A DNA stretch of 64,000 bases, taken from an uncultured Gemmatimonadales bacterium (GTDB taxonomy: Bacteria; Gemmatimonadota; Gemmatimonadetes; Gemmatimonadales; GWC2-71-9). The DNA lies in assembly GCA_963730185.1 (NCBI GenBank), contig CAVSQW010000007.1, forward strand, positions 256,001 to 320,000. The letters are read 5' to 3'. Positions within the stretch are counted from its first letter, which is position 1. Each line of letters begins with the position of its first letter. The notes beneath the pieces were generated by a model, which saw only the letters and a list, made by a program, of their open reading frames with translations, was not told the DNA's origin and did no database searches. Position numbers and translations under genes: made by a program. Positions 1-9,188 of this stretch are shown here, in pieces.

Positions 1-162
1 GACCGGGGTGTGGGTGAAGAAGGCGAGGTTGAGGCTGCCGGCCCCTTTGACGATCAGGGTGCCCAAGATGAGCAGCAGGGGGAGGACGGCGATCACGACG
101 GCGGCCACCATGGTGGCGACCATGAACCGGCTCTTGAAGCGCCGCCAGGCCAGCCGGTTCAT
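1..162 (-). CDS. pstA: Phosphate ABC transporter permease PstA, 5' part (runs off window)
   Basis: ATG at 162 overlaps the pstC stop. Translation MNRLAWRRFKSRFMVATMVAAVVIAVLPLLLILGTLIVKGAGSLNLAFFTHTP is a typical PstA N-terminus; position follows pstC. Confidence 0.85.
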   Translation of the reverse strand, partial: MNRLAWRRFKSRFMVATMVAAVVIAVLPLLLILGTLIVKGAGSLNLAFFTHTPV

Positions 163-1145
163 ACGCCCTGGCCCCCGCTGGGCGAGCCGCGGGAGACCCG
201 CCAGATCAGGAGCCGGGCGGCCGCGTTCACCAGCACGGTCACCAGAAAGAGCGTGAAGGCCACGTACGCGAGGGCCGCGAAGTGGAGATCGGTCACCGCC
301 TCGCTGAACTCGTTGGCGATCGCCGCGGCCATGGTGTAGCCCGGGGCGAAGAGCGACGCGGCGATCTCGTGCCGGTTCCCGATCACCATGGTCACGGCCA
401 TGGTCTCGCCGAACGCCCGGCCCAGACCCAGAATCACCGCGCCGACGATGCCGGACCGGGCGTAGGGGACCACCGCGGTCCAGGCGGCTTCCCACCGGGT
501 GGCGCCCAGGCCCAGCGCGGCCTCCCGCTGGCTGGCCGGCACCGCCAGCAACACTTCGCGGGTCACCGACATGATGTAGGGCATCACCATGATCGCCAGG
601 ATGATTCCCGCGGCGAGCATCGAGTTGCCGTAGATCGGGCCCTGGAAGATCGGCAGGAAGCCGAACGCATCCTGGAGCCATTGGAACACGGTGGTCCGCA
701 TGAACGGCACCATCACGAAGATGCCCCAGAGCCCGTAGACCACGCTCGGAATCGCCGCCAGCAGCTCGATCACGAACGCCACCGGCTGGCGGATCGCCTT
801 GGGCGCGAACTCCGTGATGTAGATGGCGACGCCGAGGGAGAGCGGGACCGCGATCACCAAGGCGAGGGCCGACGAGGCCAGGGTGCCGAAGATGAGCGGG
901 GCCGCGCCGAACTTCTCGGCGACCGGATCCCAGTCCGACGAGGTGACGAACGAGGCCCCGAAGCGGTGAATGGCCAACTGGGCCCCGCTGTAAAGCTCCG
1001 AGACCAGGAAGGCGAGCAGCGCCGGGACCGCCAGGGCGGCCACGGTCAGCGCCACCCGAAACACCACGTCGCCGAGGTGGCGCCCCTCCAGTGACTGGGG
1101 CTCCACCTCGGCGACGGCCGGCCGGGGCGCCGACGGCTCGGTCAT
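159..1145 (-). CDS. pstC: Phosphate ABC transporter permease PstC
   Basis: ELLAAIPSVVYGLWG, EAALGLGATRWE (EAA loop) and GRAFGETMAV motifs. Confidence 0.95.
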   Translation of the reverse strand: MTEPSAPRPAVAEVEPQSLEGRHLGDVVFRVALTVAALAVPALLAFLVSELYSGAQLAIHRFGASFVTSSDWDPVAEKFGAAPLIFGTLASSALALVIAVPLSLGVAIYITEFAPKAIRQPVAFVIELLAAIPSVVYGLWGIFVMVPFMRTTVFQWLQDAFGFLPIFQGPIYGNSMLAAGIILAIMVMPYIMSVTREVLLAVPASQREAALGLGATRWEAAWTAVVPYARSGIVGAVILGLGRAFGETMAVTMVIGNRHEIAASLFAPGYTMAAAIANEFSEAVTDLHFAALAYVAFTLFLVTVLVNAAARLLIWRVSRGSPSGGQGV

Positions 1146-2176
1146 TCGATGGGCTTACCCCCGGCCTTGAGCGTGCCGAGGCGCTCCTTGACCAGGGTCG
1201 CCACGTCGTCGGGGAGCGGCGCGTAGCCGAGGTCCTTGGTCATGCCCTGCGCTTCGGGGCTCACCATCCAGGTCAGGAAATCCTTGATCGCCTTGGCCTT
1301 CCCGGCGTTCGGGTTGTCGGGGTGGATCAGGAGCCAGGTGAACGACGAGATCGGATAGACGTCCGGTCCGTCGGCGTTGGTGATCGAGACCCTGAAATCA
1401 GTGTCCGGCGTCAGGTGGGCGCCGGCCGCCGCCTTGCTCACCGCGTCGAGGGTGGCGTCGACGTACGCCCCCGAGGCGTTCTTGAGCTCCGCGTAGGGGA
1501 GCTTGTTGGCCAGCGCGTAGATGAGCTCCACGTACCCGATCGTCCCTTCCAACTGCTTGACCTGCTGGGTCACGCCCTCGTTGCCCTTGCCGCCGAGCCC
1601 GGTGGGCCAGCTGACCGAGGTGGCCTTGCCGACCTTGGTCTGCCACTCGTCCGAAACCTTGGAAAGGTAATCCGTGAAAACGTAACTGGTCCCGGACCCG
1701 TCCGACCGATGGACCACCAGCAGGTCCCGGGCGGGAAGCTTCACCCCCGGGTTGAGCGCCGCAAGCCGGGAGTCGTTCCACTTGGTGATCTTGCCCAGAT
1801 AGATGTCGGCCACCGTGGCGGCGTCCAGCTTGATCCGGGTGTCGCCCAGGCTGGGCAGGTTGTAGGTCAGCACCACCGCGCCGAGCACCGTCGGGACGTG
1901 CAGTACGCCCCCCGGGATCGCCGCGATCTGCTCGTCGGTCATCGGGCCGTCGCTGGCCCCGAAATCGATCGTGCCCTCGGTAAACTGGCGGATCCCGCCG
2001 CCCGAGCCAATCGACTGGTAGTTGATGTTGATGCCGGCCTGCTTGGCGTAGGTGTCGAACCACTTCCCGTAGATCGGATTGGGGAAGGTGGCGCCGGCGG
2101 CGTTGAGGCTGGTCACGTTGTCGGCGGCTTTGCCGCAGCCGGCCACGACCAGCGCGGTCAGGAGCAGATATCGCAT
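1142..2176 (-). CDS. pstS: Phosphate ABC transporter substrate-binding lipoprotein PstS
   Basis: Lipobox VAGC; AGATFP, YQSIGSGGG, DFGASD and RSDGSGTS motifs. Confidence 0.97.
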   Translation of the reverse strand: MRYLLLTALVVAGCGKAADNVTSLNAAGATFPNPIYGKWFDTYAKQAGININYQSIGSGGGIRQFTEGTIDFGASDGPMTDEQIAAIPGGVLHVPTVLGAVVLTYNLPSLGDTRIKLDAATVADIYLGKITKWNDSRLAALNPGVKLPARDLLVVHRSDGSGTSYVFTDYLSKVSDEWQTKVGKATSVSWPTGLGGKGNEGVTQQVKQLEGTIGYVELIYALANKLPYAELKNASGAYVDATLDAVSKAAAGAHLTPDTDFRVSITNADGPDVYPISSFTWLLIHPDNPNAGKAKAIKDFLTWMVSPEAQGMTKDLGYAPLPDDVATLVKERLGTLKAGGKPIE

Positions 2177-2194
2177 CGTTACCGTCCCGTGCGG

Positions 2195-3235
2195 TTAAAA
2201 GACCATCTGAATCTGGAACAGCGCCTGAGAGCGGACGCGATCGATCGCGGCCGCCGGGGTGGTCTGGTACGAGGTGTGGTCCACGTCGCCCAGGAGCCGG
2301 AGGTGGGAGCTCAGCTGGTAGGAGACCCCGGCGATGAACCGGGTGAGCCCGTCGTCCGGGGTGCTGGTATCGGGGTCGTGCGAGTCGACCCGCCCGATCA
2401 GCGCGAACTTGCTGTCCGGGATCCGATAGACGCCGATAGCGCTCAGGATCCGGCCGTGGGTGGTCGGCGGGAGCAGCGGGTCGGCGTCGAGGCGGTCACC
2501 GGTGGCCAGGAGGGTCCCGGCCAGCGTCACGGCCTTGGAGCGAAAGCTCACCTGGCCCAGGAACCGGTTCCGGACCCCGCCCCCGGTCGGCTGGCCGACC
2601 AGCGCGAAGCCGGTGAGCCGGAGGCCGCCGAACTTCCCGCCGTCGTCGCTCTTGGCCACCCGGACGGAGAGCCGGGCTTCGACGTCCTTGTGCTGATCGC
2701 CGGGGGCCTTGCTGTAGAACTCGCCGTTGAACACGCCGGCGCTCATCGTCACGGCATTGCCGTCCCAGGATCCCTCGGCCCCGATCCCGAAATCGGAGGA
2801 GCTGAGGTACCCGGCCCGGTCGGCCGCGATCGGCCCCTGCATCCGGTAGTCCCAGAGTCCCTCGGCATAGCTCACGTAGGGGGTCTCCCAGAGACCGAAC
2901 TTGTAGGTCAGGGCGCTTCCCTTGGGCTGCCAGGCCACGAAGCCGTACTTGAGCCGGTAGGTCAGCGATCCGTCGCTGGTGCGGTGGATGTCGGCGGTCA
3001 CCCGGCTGCTCACTCCGCCGGAGAACTTGCCGAGCACGTTGAGGTAGGTGCGGGTCACGTCGAAGTTGTTGACGTGGCCGGACCCGTCCGGATCCCGGAG
3101 GCCGTACATGTATTGCGCGTACATGACGCCCGAAAGGGTCACGGAGTCGGGTTTGGATTGAGCCATCAGAAACGAGGGCCGAGAGACCAGGACAAGCAGC
3201 GCAAGCGCCAGGGTCGAGCGGACTGGGCGAACCAT
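2195..3235 (-). CDS. Outer-membrane beta-barrel porin, probably phosphate-selective (OprO/P-like)
   Basis: Signal peptide, amphipathic beta strands and C-terminal Phe (QMVF); lies directly upstream of pstS. ATG 3235 chosen because GGAG precedes it. Confidence 0.7.
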   Translation of the reverse strand: MVRPVRSTLALALLVLVSRPSFLMAQSKPDSVTLSGVMYAQYMYGLRDPDGSGHVNNFDVTRTYLNVLGKFSGGVSSRVTADIHRTSDGSLTYRLKYGFVAWQPKGSALTYKFGLWETPYVSYAEGLWDYRMQGPIAADRAGYLSSSDFGIGAEGSWDGNAVTMSAGVFNGEFYSKAPGDQHKDVEARLSVRVAKSDDGGKFGGLRLTGFALVGQPTGGGVRNRFLGQVSFRSKAVTLAGTLLATGDRLDADPLLPPTTHGRILSAIGVYRIPDSKFALIGRVDSHDPDTSTPDDGLTRFIAGVSYQLSSHLRLLGDVDHTSYQTTPAAAIDRVRSQALFQIQMVF

Positions 3236-3272
3236 CGGAGCTCCCGCATGGGGTGGATGAAAGCCGCCGTGG

Positions 3273-3351
3273 GTCACGGGTCGGCAAACGCGACGTAACG
3301 GTCTCGCCGGGCGGTCACCCCAAAGTCAAGGAATGGTAACGTTCAGGTAAC
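3273..3351 (-). promoter_or_regulatory. Pho-box-like array of GTNAC/GTCAA units at 11-nt period
   Basis: Plus-strand units at 3314 GTCAC, 3325 GTCAA, 3336 GTAAC and 3347 GTAAC; second register at 3273 and 3295 (22 nt apart). Lies upstream of porin-pstSCA. Confidence 0.6.
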
Positions 3352-3361
3352 GGCGGCAGGG

Positions 3362-5065
3362 TCAGGCCGGAAACCAGCAATGGATCGTGGTTCCCCGGCC
3401 CAAGTCGCTCTCGGCCGAGACGTTGCCGCCGTGGGCCTCGACCAGATGCTTGACGATCGCCAAGCCGAGGCCGGTCCCGCCCTGGTCCCGTGACCGGCTG
3501 GGATCGACCCGATAGAAGCGCTCGAAGATCCGGGGCAGGTGCTCGCCCGGGATCCCGCCCCCGGTGTCACTGACGCTCACCCGGGTGCCTCCCCCGTCCG
3601 GGATCGCCCGCACCCGGATCGACCCGTCGGGCGGGGTGTGCCGGACCGCGTTCTCGAGCAGGTTTCGGAGCACCTGCCGGACCCCGTCCGGATCGGCCCG
3701 CAGGGTCTCGGCGCCGGGCTCGATCGCGACCTCGAAGCGGGCGGCCAGGGCGCCCTTCGGCTGGACCAGCGACCAGGCCTCGCGGCAGGCCTTCTCCAGC
3801 GGAAACGGCTCGGGGCGGGGGCTCCAGTGGCCGGACTCGATCCGGGAGAGATCCAGCTGGTCGTCCACCAGGCGCTGCATCCGCCGGGCGTTGGCCAGGA
3901 TGGTCTCGACGAACCGGCGGGTCATCTCCCGCTCGACGTCGTCGCTGAGCAGGGTTTCGGCATACCCTGAGATCGCGGTCAGCGGGGTCTTGAGCTCATG
4001 CGACACGTTGGCGACGAAGTCCCGCCGGATCGCCTCCAGGCGCCGGAGCCGGGTCAGATCGTGCAGCACCACCACGGCCCCACCGGCCGGAAGCGCCCGG
4101 GCGTTGAGGAGACAGACCCGGTCGCCGATCTCGATCTCCCGCTCGCCCACGGGCGAGCCCTGGAGGGCGCCGGTCACGACCTCGCGGGCGTCGCGGGCCC
4201 GGAAGAGGAGCGGAAGGTCGGGGAGCTGGTCGGTGGGGGCGTAGCCCAGGAGACGCCGGGCCGCTGGATTGGCGGTGACGATCCGGCCCTTCTGGTCCGA
4301 CGAGAGCACCCCCTCCACCATCGCCTCGACGATCGCAGCGGTCTCGTTCTGGCGCTGGCGGAGGTCGTCGAACCGCTCGGTGAGCTGCCGGTGCATCTCC
4401 CGGAGGTCGGCGGTGAGCCGATCCACGTCGGGCATGCCAGACCAGGGGAAGTGCGGCGGCGACCCCCGGGCGATCGCCCGGGCGGCCTCGGAGACCTGCA
4501 CCAGGGGCCGGGTGAATTGCCGTCCGGCCCACCAGGCCATGCTCAGCCCCAGGGCCAGGGCCAGGAGCGCGGCCAGGAACACCGGCCCGAGCGATCGCCG
4601 GACCGAGGCCGAGATCCGATCGAGCGGGGCGGCCACCCGGATCACCCCCGGCCCGCCCGGGACCGCCACGTACATCAGCTCGGTGCCGACCGTGGCGCTG
4701 AGCCGTTTGGCGGTCCCGGGGCGCCCGGCGGCGAGGGCCTCCCGGACCTCGGGGCGGCCGGCGTGGTTCTCGATCCGGGGCAGATCGGCGTCCTCGGCCT
4801 CGGATTCGGCCCGAACCCGGCCGTCGGTGCCGATCAGGGTGACCCGGATCCCGGCCTCGCGGGCGAGGGTCTTGGCGGTGGCCTGCCACTGGGTGGAATC
4901 GGTGGGGAGGGCGGCTCGGACGAGGGCGACTTCGCGCTCGAGACTGGCCCGAGTGTCGGCCTCGAGGTCACGACGGAGCGAGCGTTCGACCCCGACCACC
5001 AAGGCGGTCACGGTGACGAGCAGAACGGCCACCGCGCCGAGAACCAGACGGCCGGTGTAGCTCAC
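3362..5065 (-). CDS. phoR: Phosphate sensor histidine kinase PhoR (TM-HAMP-PAS-HisKA-HATPase)
   Basis: FVANVSHELKTPL H-box, FERFYRVD and GGTGLGLAIVKH; GTG start at 5065 overlaps the phoB stop. Confidence 0.9.
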   Translation of the reverse strand: MSYTGRLVLGAVAVLLVTVTALVVGVERSLRRDLEADTRASLEREVALVRAALPTDSTQWQATAKTLAREAGIRVTLIGTDGRVRAESEAEDADLPRIENHAGRPEVREALAAGRPGTAKRLSATVGTELMYVAVPGGPGVIRVAAPLDRISASVRRSLGPVFLAALLALALGLSMAWWAGRQFTRPLVQVSEAARAIARGSPPHFPWSGMPDVDRLTADLREMHRQLTERFDDLRQRQNETAAIVEAMVEGVLSSDQKGRIVTANPAARRLLGYAPTDQLPDLPLLFRARDAREVVTGALQGSPVGEREIEIGDRVCLLNARALPAGGAVVVLHDLTRLRRLEAIRRDFVANVSHELKTPLTAISGYAETLLSDDVEREMTRRFVETILANARRMQRLVDDQLDLSRIESGHWSPRPEPFPLEKACREAWSLVQPKGALAARFEVAIEPGAETLRADPDGVRQVLRNLLENAVRHTPPDGSIRVRAIPDGGGTRVSVSDTGGGIPGEHLPRIFERFYRVDPSRSRDQGGTGLGLAIVKHLVEAHGGNVSAESDLGRGTTIHCWFPA

Positions 5066-5769
5066 CGGACCCGCGCGACCTTCTCTTGTCCCCGGAAACG
5101 GTAGCCGAAGCCGCGAACCGTCTCGATCATGTCGCCGGCGGGGCCGAGCTTGGTCCGGAGCCGCTGAACGTGCATGTCGACCGTCCGGGTCTGGATGTCG
5201 GGCTGGGCGTCCCAGACCGTCTCCAGCAGCTGAGGCCGGGTCTGGACCCGCCCCCGGCGCTCCACCAGCGTCGCGAGCAGCTTGTACTCCGTCGCCGTGA
5301 GCGAGAGCTCCTCGCCCTCGATCAGCACTCGGTGGGCCGAGCGGTCGATGGTGATCGAGCCGGCGACCAGCTGAGAGCCCGCCGCGACCGATGGGGCCGC
5401 CAGCCGGCGGAGAATCGCCGCCACCCGGAGGGTGAGTTCCTGCGGCGAGAACGGCTTGGTCAGATAGTCGTCGGCCCCGAGGGAAAGCCCCCGGATCCGG
5501 TCCACCTCTTCTCGCCGAGCCGTGAGCAGGATCACCCCCACGTCCCGAGTCTCGGCCTGCTTGCGAAGGGCCTGGAGCACGTCCAGGCCCGAGAGCCCCG
5601 GGAGCATCAGGTCGAGCACGATGACGTCGGGCCGCTGATCGGCCGCGGTCCTGAGGGCCTCGCTTCCGTTCGAGGCGGTGGACACCCGATAGCCGGCCTT
5701 GGCGAGGTGGTAGGCCACCAAGGCCGTGATATCGGGCTCGTCGTCGACCACCAGCACGCGATAGGTCAT
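5062..5769 (-). CDS. phoB: OmpR-family response regulator PhoB
   Basis: Receiver domain (VVDDE, LDLMLP, KPF) plus winged helix (TRTVDMHVQRLRTKL, IETVRGFGY); pst context. Confidence 0.9.
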   Translation of the reverse strand: MTYRVLVVDDEPDITALVAYHLAKAGYRVSTASNGSEALRTAADQRPDVIVLDLMLPGLSGLDVLQALRKQAETRDVGVILLTARREEVDRIRGLSLGADDYLTKPFSPQELTLRVAAILRRLAAPSVAAGSQLVAGSITIDRSAHRVLIEGEELSLTATEYKLLATLVERRGRVQTRPQLLETVWDAQPDIQTRTVDMHVQRLRTKLGPAGDMIETVRGFGYRFRGQEKVARVR

Positions 5770-6143
5770 GCCTTGAGCGCTCCTTCACCCGTCGTCGCCA
5801 CCGGCCGGCCCCGAGTGCGGCTTCGGTCCTGCGCCTTGCCCCGCTCCCGGCGGAGCGAGGGCTCGCCGGCGAGGGCGTCGAGAATGGCCGAGAGTAGCCG
5901 TCCCTGGGAGCCGGGCTCACGGGCCAGGCGGTATAGAACGTATTGCGCCACATGGGTATCGCGCACCAACTCGGCGCGCTTCAGCACGTTGAGGTGCCGG
6001 GATACCGTGGGCTGCGGGAGGTCGAGGACCTCCTGGAGGTCGGACACGAAGAGGGGCGCGACGGCGAGACAGTTGAGAATACGGAGCCGGGTTGGCTCCG
6101 CCACCGTCACCAGGAGTTCGACCGCGGTCTCAGGAGTGCTCAT
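5766..6143 (-). CDS. ArsR/SmtB family transcriptional regulator
   Basis: EPTRLRILNCL...QPTVSRHLNVLKRAELV HTH pattern. Confidence 0.9.
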   Translation of the reverse strand: MSTPETAVELLVTVAEPTRLRILNCLAVAPLFVSDLQEVLDLPQPTVSRHLNVLKRAELVRDTHVAQYVLYRLAREPGSQGRLLSAILDALAGEPSLRRERGKAQDRSRTRGRPVATTGEGALKA

Positions 6144-6184
6144 ATTCGCCGAGACGAATATGACAGGCCCAGGAAATGGGTCAA
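6141..6184 (-). promoter_or_regulatory. arsR promoter (TTGACC-N16-CATATT) with overlapping operator palindrome CATATTCG-N6-CGAATATG
   Basis: Perfect 8-bp inverted repeat at 6141-6162 covers the -10 element and start codon, typical of ArsR autoregulation. Confidence 0.6.
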
Positions 6185-6215
6185 GCCGCGTGACTCAAGT
6201 GTTACTGGACAGACA

Positions 6216-6391
6216 TAGGGAGTGGGGAGTCGTGAATAGGGAGTAGGGAGGGAGTTGTGAATAGGGAGTAGGAGGGAGGGAGTTGGGAGGGGGGCGTGAG
6301 CAGGCGGTAGAGGGCCACTATTCCCTACTCCCTCGTACTCCCTACTCACAACTCCCTCCCTATTCCCCTATTCACGACTCCCCACTCCCTA
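6216..6391. repeat. Long inverted repeat built of heptamer-like units (GGGAGTA/GTGAATA)
   Basis: 6216-6241 is the perfect reverse complement of 6366-6391 (26 bp); purine-rich arm followed by pyrimidine-rich arm. Confidence 0.9.
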
Positions 6392-6440
6392 CCCCGTAAG
6401 GCGTTGTCTTCAAGCCACCTAGCCCGTACCTTCCCCCCTC

Positions 6441-7937
6441 ATGCTCGCGTCCCTCCTGGCGGGCCTCACCCTCCTGGCCCCCGCCGATTCGGTCGTCCTC
6501 CGGGTCTTGGCCATCACCGACTTTCATGGGGCGCTCGCGCCCCGCGTCTACCGGTGGTCCGATCACCGGCCGGTCGGGGGGATCGCCGCTCTCAAGAGTT
6601 ACCTGGACAGCCTGGCGGCCGACTGTGCCTGCCCGGCGCTCCGGGTGGACGCCGGCGACGAGATGCAGGGCACCCTCGAGTCCAATCTCGTCTACGGCCG
6701 CTCGTCCATCGACGCCATGAATCTCCTCGGCCTCGACGGCGCGGCGGTGGGGAATCACGATCTCGACTGGACGGTCGACTCCCTTCGAGCCCGGATGCGG
6801 CAGGCCCGCTACCCCTGGCTGGTCGCGAACCTCTTCGACTCCGCCACGGGCCGACGCCCCGATTGGGTCGAGCCGTACCGAATCGTCCGGGCCGGGCGGT
6901 TCCGGATCGGGCTGATCGGGTACCTCACGCCGACCACCAAGCAGATCGTGATGGCCGACGACGTGGCCGGTCTGGCCTTCGGCCGGGGGCGGAAAGCCAT
7001 CCAGGACGTGTTGGACCGGGTTCAGGCCCAGGGGGTGGATCTCACCATTCTGCTGGCGCACGAGGGCGCCTTCTGCGATTCCGCCTGCCACGGTCCGATC
7101 GTCGACCTGGCCCGGGAGCTCGATTCGAACACCGTGCAGCTGATCGTCGGCGGTCACACCCACTCGCTGGTGAACACCCGGGTCAACGGGATCCCGATCG
7201 TCGTGGCCCAGGCCTACGGGACGGCGGTCGGCATCGCAGATCTTGCGGTCGACCCGGAGGGAGGCCGCCGGTGGACCGTCCGGGTGGACACCGCCTATGC
7301 CGACGCGGTCCACCCCGACTCCGCCGGGGTGGCCCTGCTGGCCCGCTACCGCCCCCGGACCGACTCCGTGAGTCATCAGGTGATCGCGACGATCGGCGAC
7401 TCGCTGATCAACGGAAGGGGGGAGTTCCCGCTGGGTGACCTGATCGCCGATGCCCAGCGGGCCGCCGCCCAGGCTGACTTCGGGATGATGAACAATGGCG
7501 GGATCCGCCGGGACCTCATGCCCGGGCCGGTGACCTACGGCGATCTCTTCGAGCTCCAGCCCTTCGGGAACCTGGTCGAGTCGGTCCCGGTCACCGGCGC
7601 TCAGCTCAAGGACATCGTGGAGCATGCCCTGGTCCGGGGCAGGCCGTGGGCCCACTTCTCGGGTCTGGTGGCCCGCTACGACCCTCGTGCCCCCGTGGGT
7701 CACCGGGTGCTCTCGCTCGAGCGGCCCGACGGGCGGCCCATCCGGCCCGCCGGCCGGTACCGGCTTGCCGTGACCGACTTCATCGCCTCGGGCGGTGATG
7801 CTTACCCTCACCTTCCTTCGCTTCCGGCCCGCCGGATCGGCATGACCGATCTCCAGGCGTTGATCGCGTGGCTCCGGAGCCGGCCGCAACCGGTCCGGGG
7901 CCCGCCCGGGGAGCGGATGATCGCCGTCGCCCCGTGA
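6441..7937 (+). CDS. Exported 5'-nucleotidase (metallophosphoesterase plus 5'-nucleotidase C-terminal domain)
   Basis: Signal peptide; TDFHG, DAGD, GNHD, GGHTH, NNGGIR and QPFGN motifs. Confidence 0.9.
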   Translation: MLASLLAGLTLLAPADSVVLRVLAITDFHGALAPRVYRWSDHRPVGGIAALKSYLDSLAADCACPALRVDAGDEMQGTLESNLVYGRSSIDAMNLLGLDGAAVGNHDLDWTVDSLRARMRQARYPWLVANLFDSATGRRPDWVEPYRIVRAGRFRIGLIGYLTPTTKQIVMADDVAGLAFGRGRKAIQDVLDRVQAQGVDLTILLAHEGAFCDSACHGPIVDLARELDSNTVQLIVGGHTHSLVNTRVNGIPIVVAQAYGTAVGIADLAVDPEGGRRWTVRVDTAYADAVHPDSAGVALLARYRPRTDSVSHQVIATIGDSLINGRGEFPLGDLIADAQRAAAQADFGMMNNGGIRRDLMPGPVTYGDLFELQPFGNLVESVPVTGAQLKDIVEHALVRGRPWAHFSGLVARYDPRAPVGHRVLSLERPDGRPIRPAGRYRLAVTDFIASGGDAYPHLPSLPARRIGMTDLQALIAWLRSRPQPVRGPPGERMIAVAP

Positions 7938-8179
7938 CCGATTCCATCGCCGTCTTCGTGAACGACCGCCGGGTGGCCGTCGCGCCCGGAACCGCCGCCG
8001 CCGCCGCCGTAACCCGGGCCGACGTCGAGCTGGGCCGGGCCCTGGCCGGCGGCCACGCCTACCTCACTGACGGCCGGGGCATCCGGCTGGCGGCCGACGC
8101 GCCCCTCGCCGCCGGGGCGATCGTCCGGGTGATCCGTTCGAGCCGGGCCCGGAAGGAGGCCGCCGATGGTGACGCGTGA
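7934..8179 (+). CDS. Small hypothetical protein, possibly beta-grasp (ThiS/ferredoxin-like) fold
   Basis: GTGA overlap with the upstream gene; IAVFVNDRRVAVAPGT...PLAAGAIVRVI pattern. Confidence 0.6.
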   Translation: MTDSIAVFVNDRRVAVAPGTAAAAAVTRADVELGRALAGGHAYLTDGRGIRLAADAPLAAGAIVRVIRSSRARKEAADGDA

Positions 8180-9188
8180 GCTCCTGGCTCGGCTCCCCAA
8201 GGCCGAGCTCCACGTCCACCTCGACGGGTCGCTCCGACCCGAGACGATGGTCGAGCTGGCCGACCGAGTCCACGTGGAGCTGCCCACCCGCGACCCGGAC
8301 CGGCTCCGCCGGTTCATGCTGGTCGATACCGCCCGGAACCTCGAGGACTATCTCCAGCGCTTCGACGTGACCATCGCGCTGCTCCAGACCCCGGAGGCGA
8401 TCGAGCGGGTGGCCTACGAGATGGTGGAAGACGCCGCCCGCGACAACGTCCGCTACCTCGAGGTCCGCTACTGCCCCACCCTCAGCACCCGGGGCGGGCT
8501 CTCGCTGGAGGACGCCGTCCGGGCCGAGTGGCGCGGGCTCGCCCGGGGCGAGGCCGATTTCGGGGTCGTGGCCCGGATCATCAACTGCTCGCTCCGGCAC
8601 TACCAGCCGGCGGTCTCGCTCGAGATCGCCCGGGCCAGCGTGGGACTGCGTGACGCGGGGGTGGTGGGCTTCGACCTGGCGGGCGGCGAGGCGGGGCGGC
8701 CCCCGGGGGCCCATGCCGAGGCGTTCGACCTGGCCCAGGCGGGTTATCTCGGCATCACGGTGCACGCCGGCGAAGCCGCCGGGGCGGACTCGGTGGCCGA
8801 GGCCGTGTTCCGCTGTCATGCCAACCGGCTCGGCCACGGGACCCGGCTCTACGAGAACCCCGAGCTCGAGGCCTACGTTCGCGATCGCCGGATCGTGATC
8901 GAGACCAACATCACCAGCAACCTCCAGACCCGCGCGGTGACGCACGCCGCCGATCATCCGGTGCGCGGGTATTTCGATCACGGCCTCGCCGTGACGCTCT
9001 CGACCGACAGCTGGCTCATGAGCGGGGTGAGCCTCACCGACGAATACTGGCTCGCCCACCGCGAGCTGGAGTTCGACCGGGCGGAGATCGACCAGTTGAT
9101 CCTCAACGCCTTCGAGGGCGCCTTTCTTCCCTGGCCTGAACGGCACGACCTGGTAACCCGGGTGCGGGCCGAGCTCGAGGACCATTGA
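8166..9188 (+). CDS. add: Adenosine deaminase
   Basis: PKAELHVHLDGS, GFDLAGGE, TVHAGEA, RLGHG and STD motifs. Confidence 0.93.
   Translation: MVTRELLARLPKAELHVHLDGSLRPETMVELADRVHVELPTRDPDRLRRFMLVDTARNLEDYLQRFDVTIALLQTPEAIERVAYEMVEDAARDNVRYLEVRYCPTLSTRGGLSLEDAVRAEWRGLARGEADFGVVARIINCSLRHYQPAVSLEIARASVGLRDAGVVGFDLAGGEAGRPPGAHAEAFDLAQAGYLGITVHAGEAAGADSVAEAVFRCHANRLGHGTRLYENPELEAYVRDRRIVIETNITSNLQTRAVTHAADHPVRGYFDHGLAVTLSTDSWLMSGVSLTDEYWLAHRELEFDRAEIDQLILNAFEGAFLPWPERHDLVTRVRAELEDH

Noticed and set aside
3362..5953. 863-aa N-terminally extended PhoR
   Set aside because: The extension overlaps phoB and arsR in another frame; the real start is GTG 5065.
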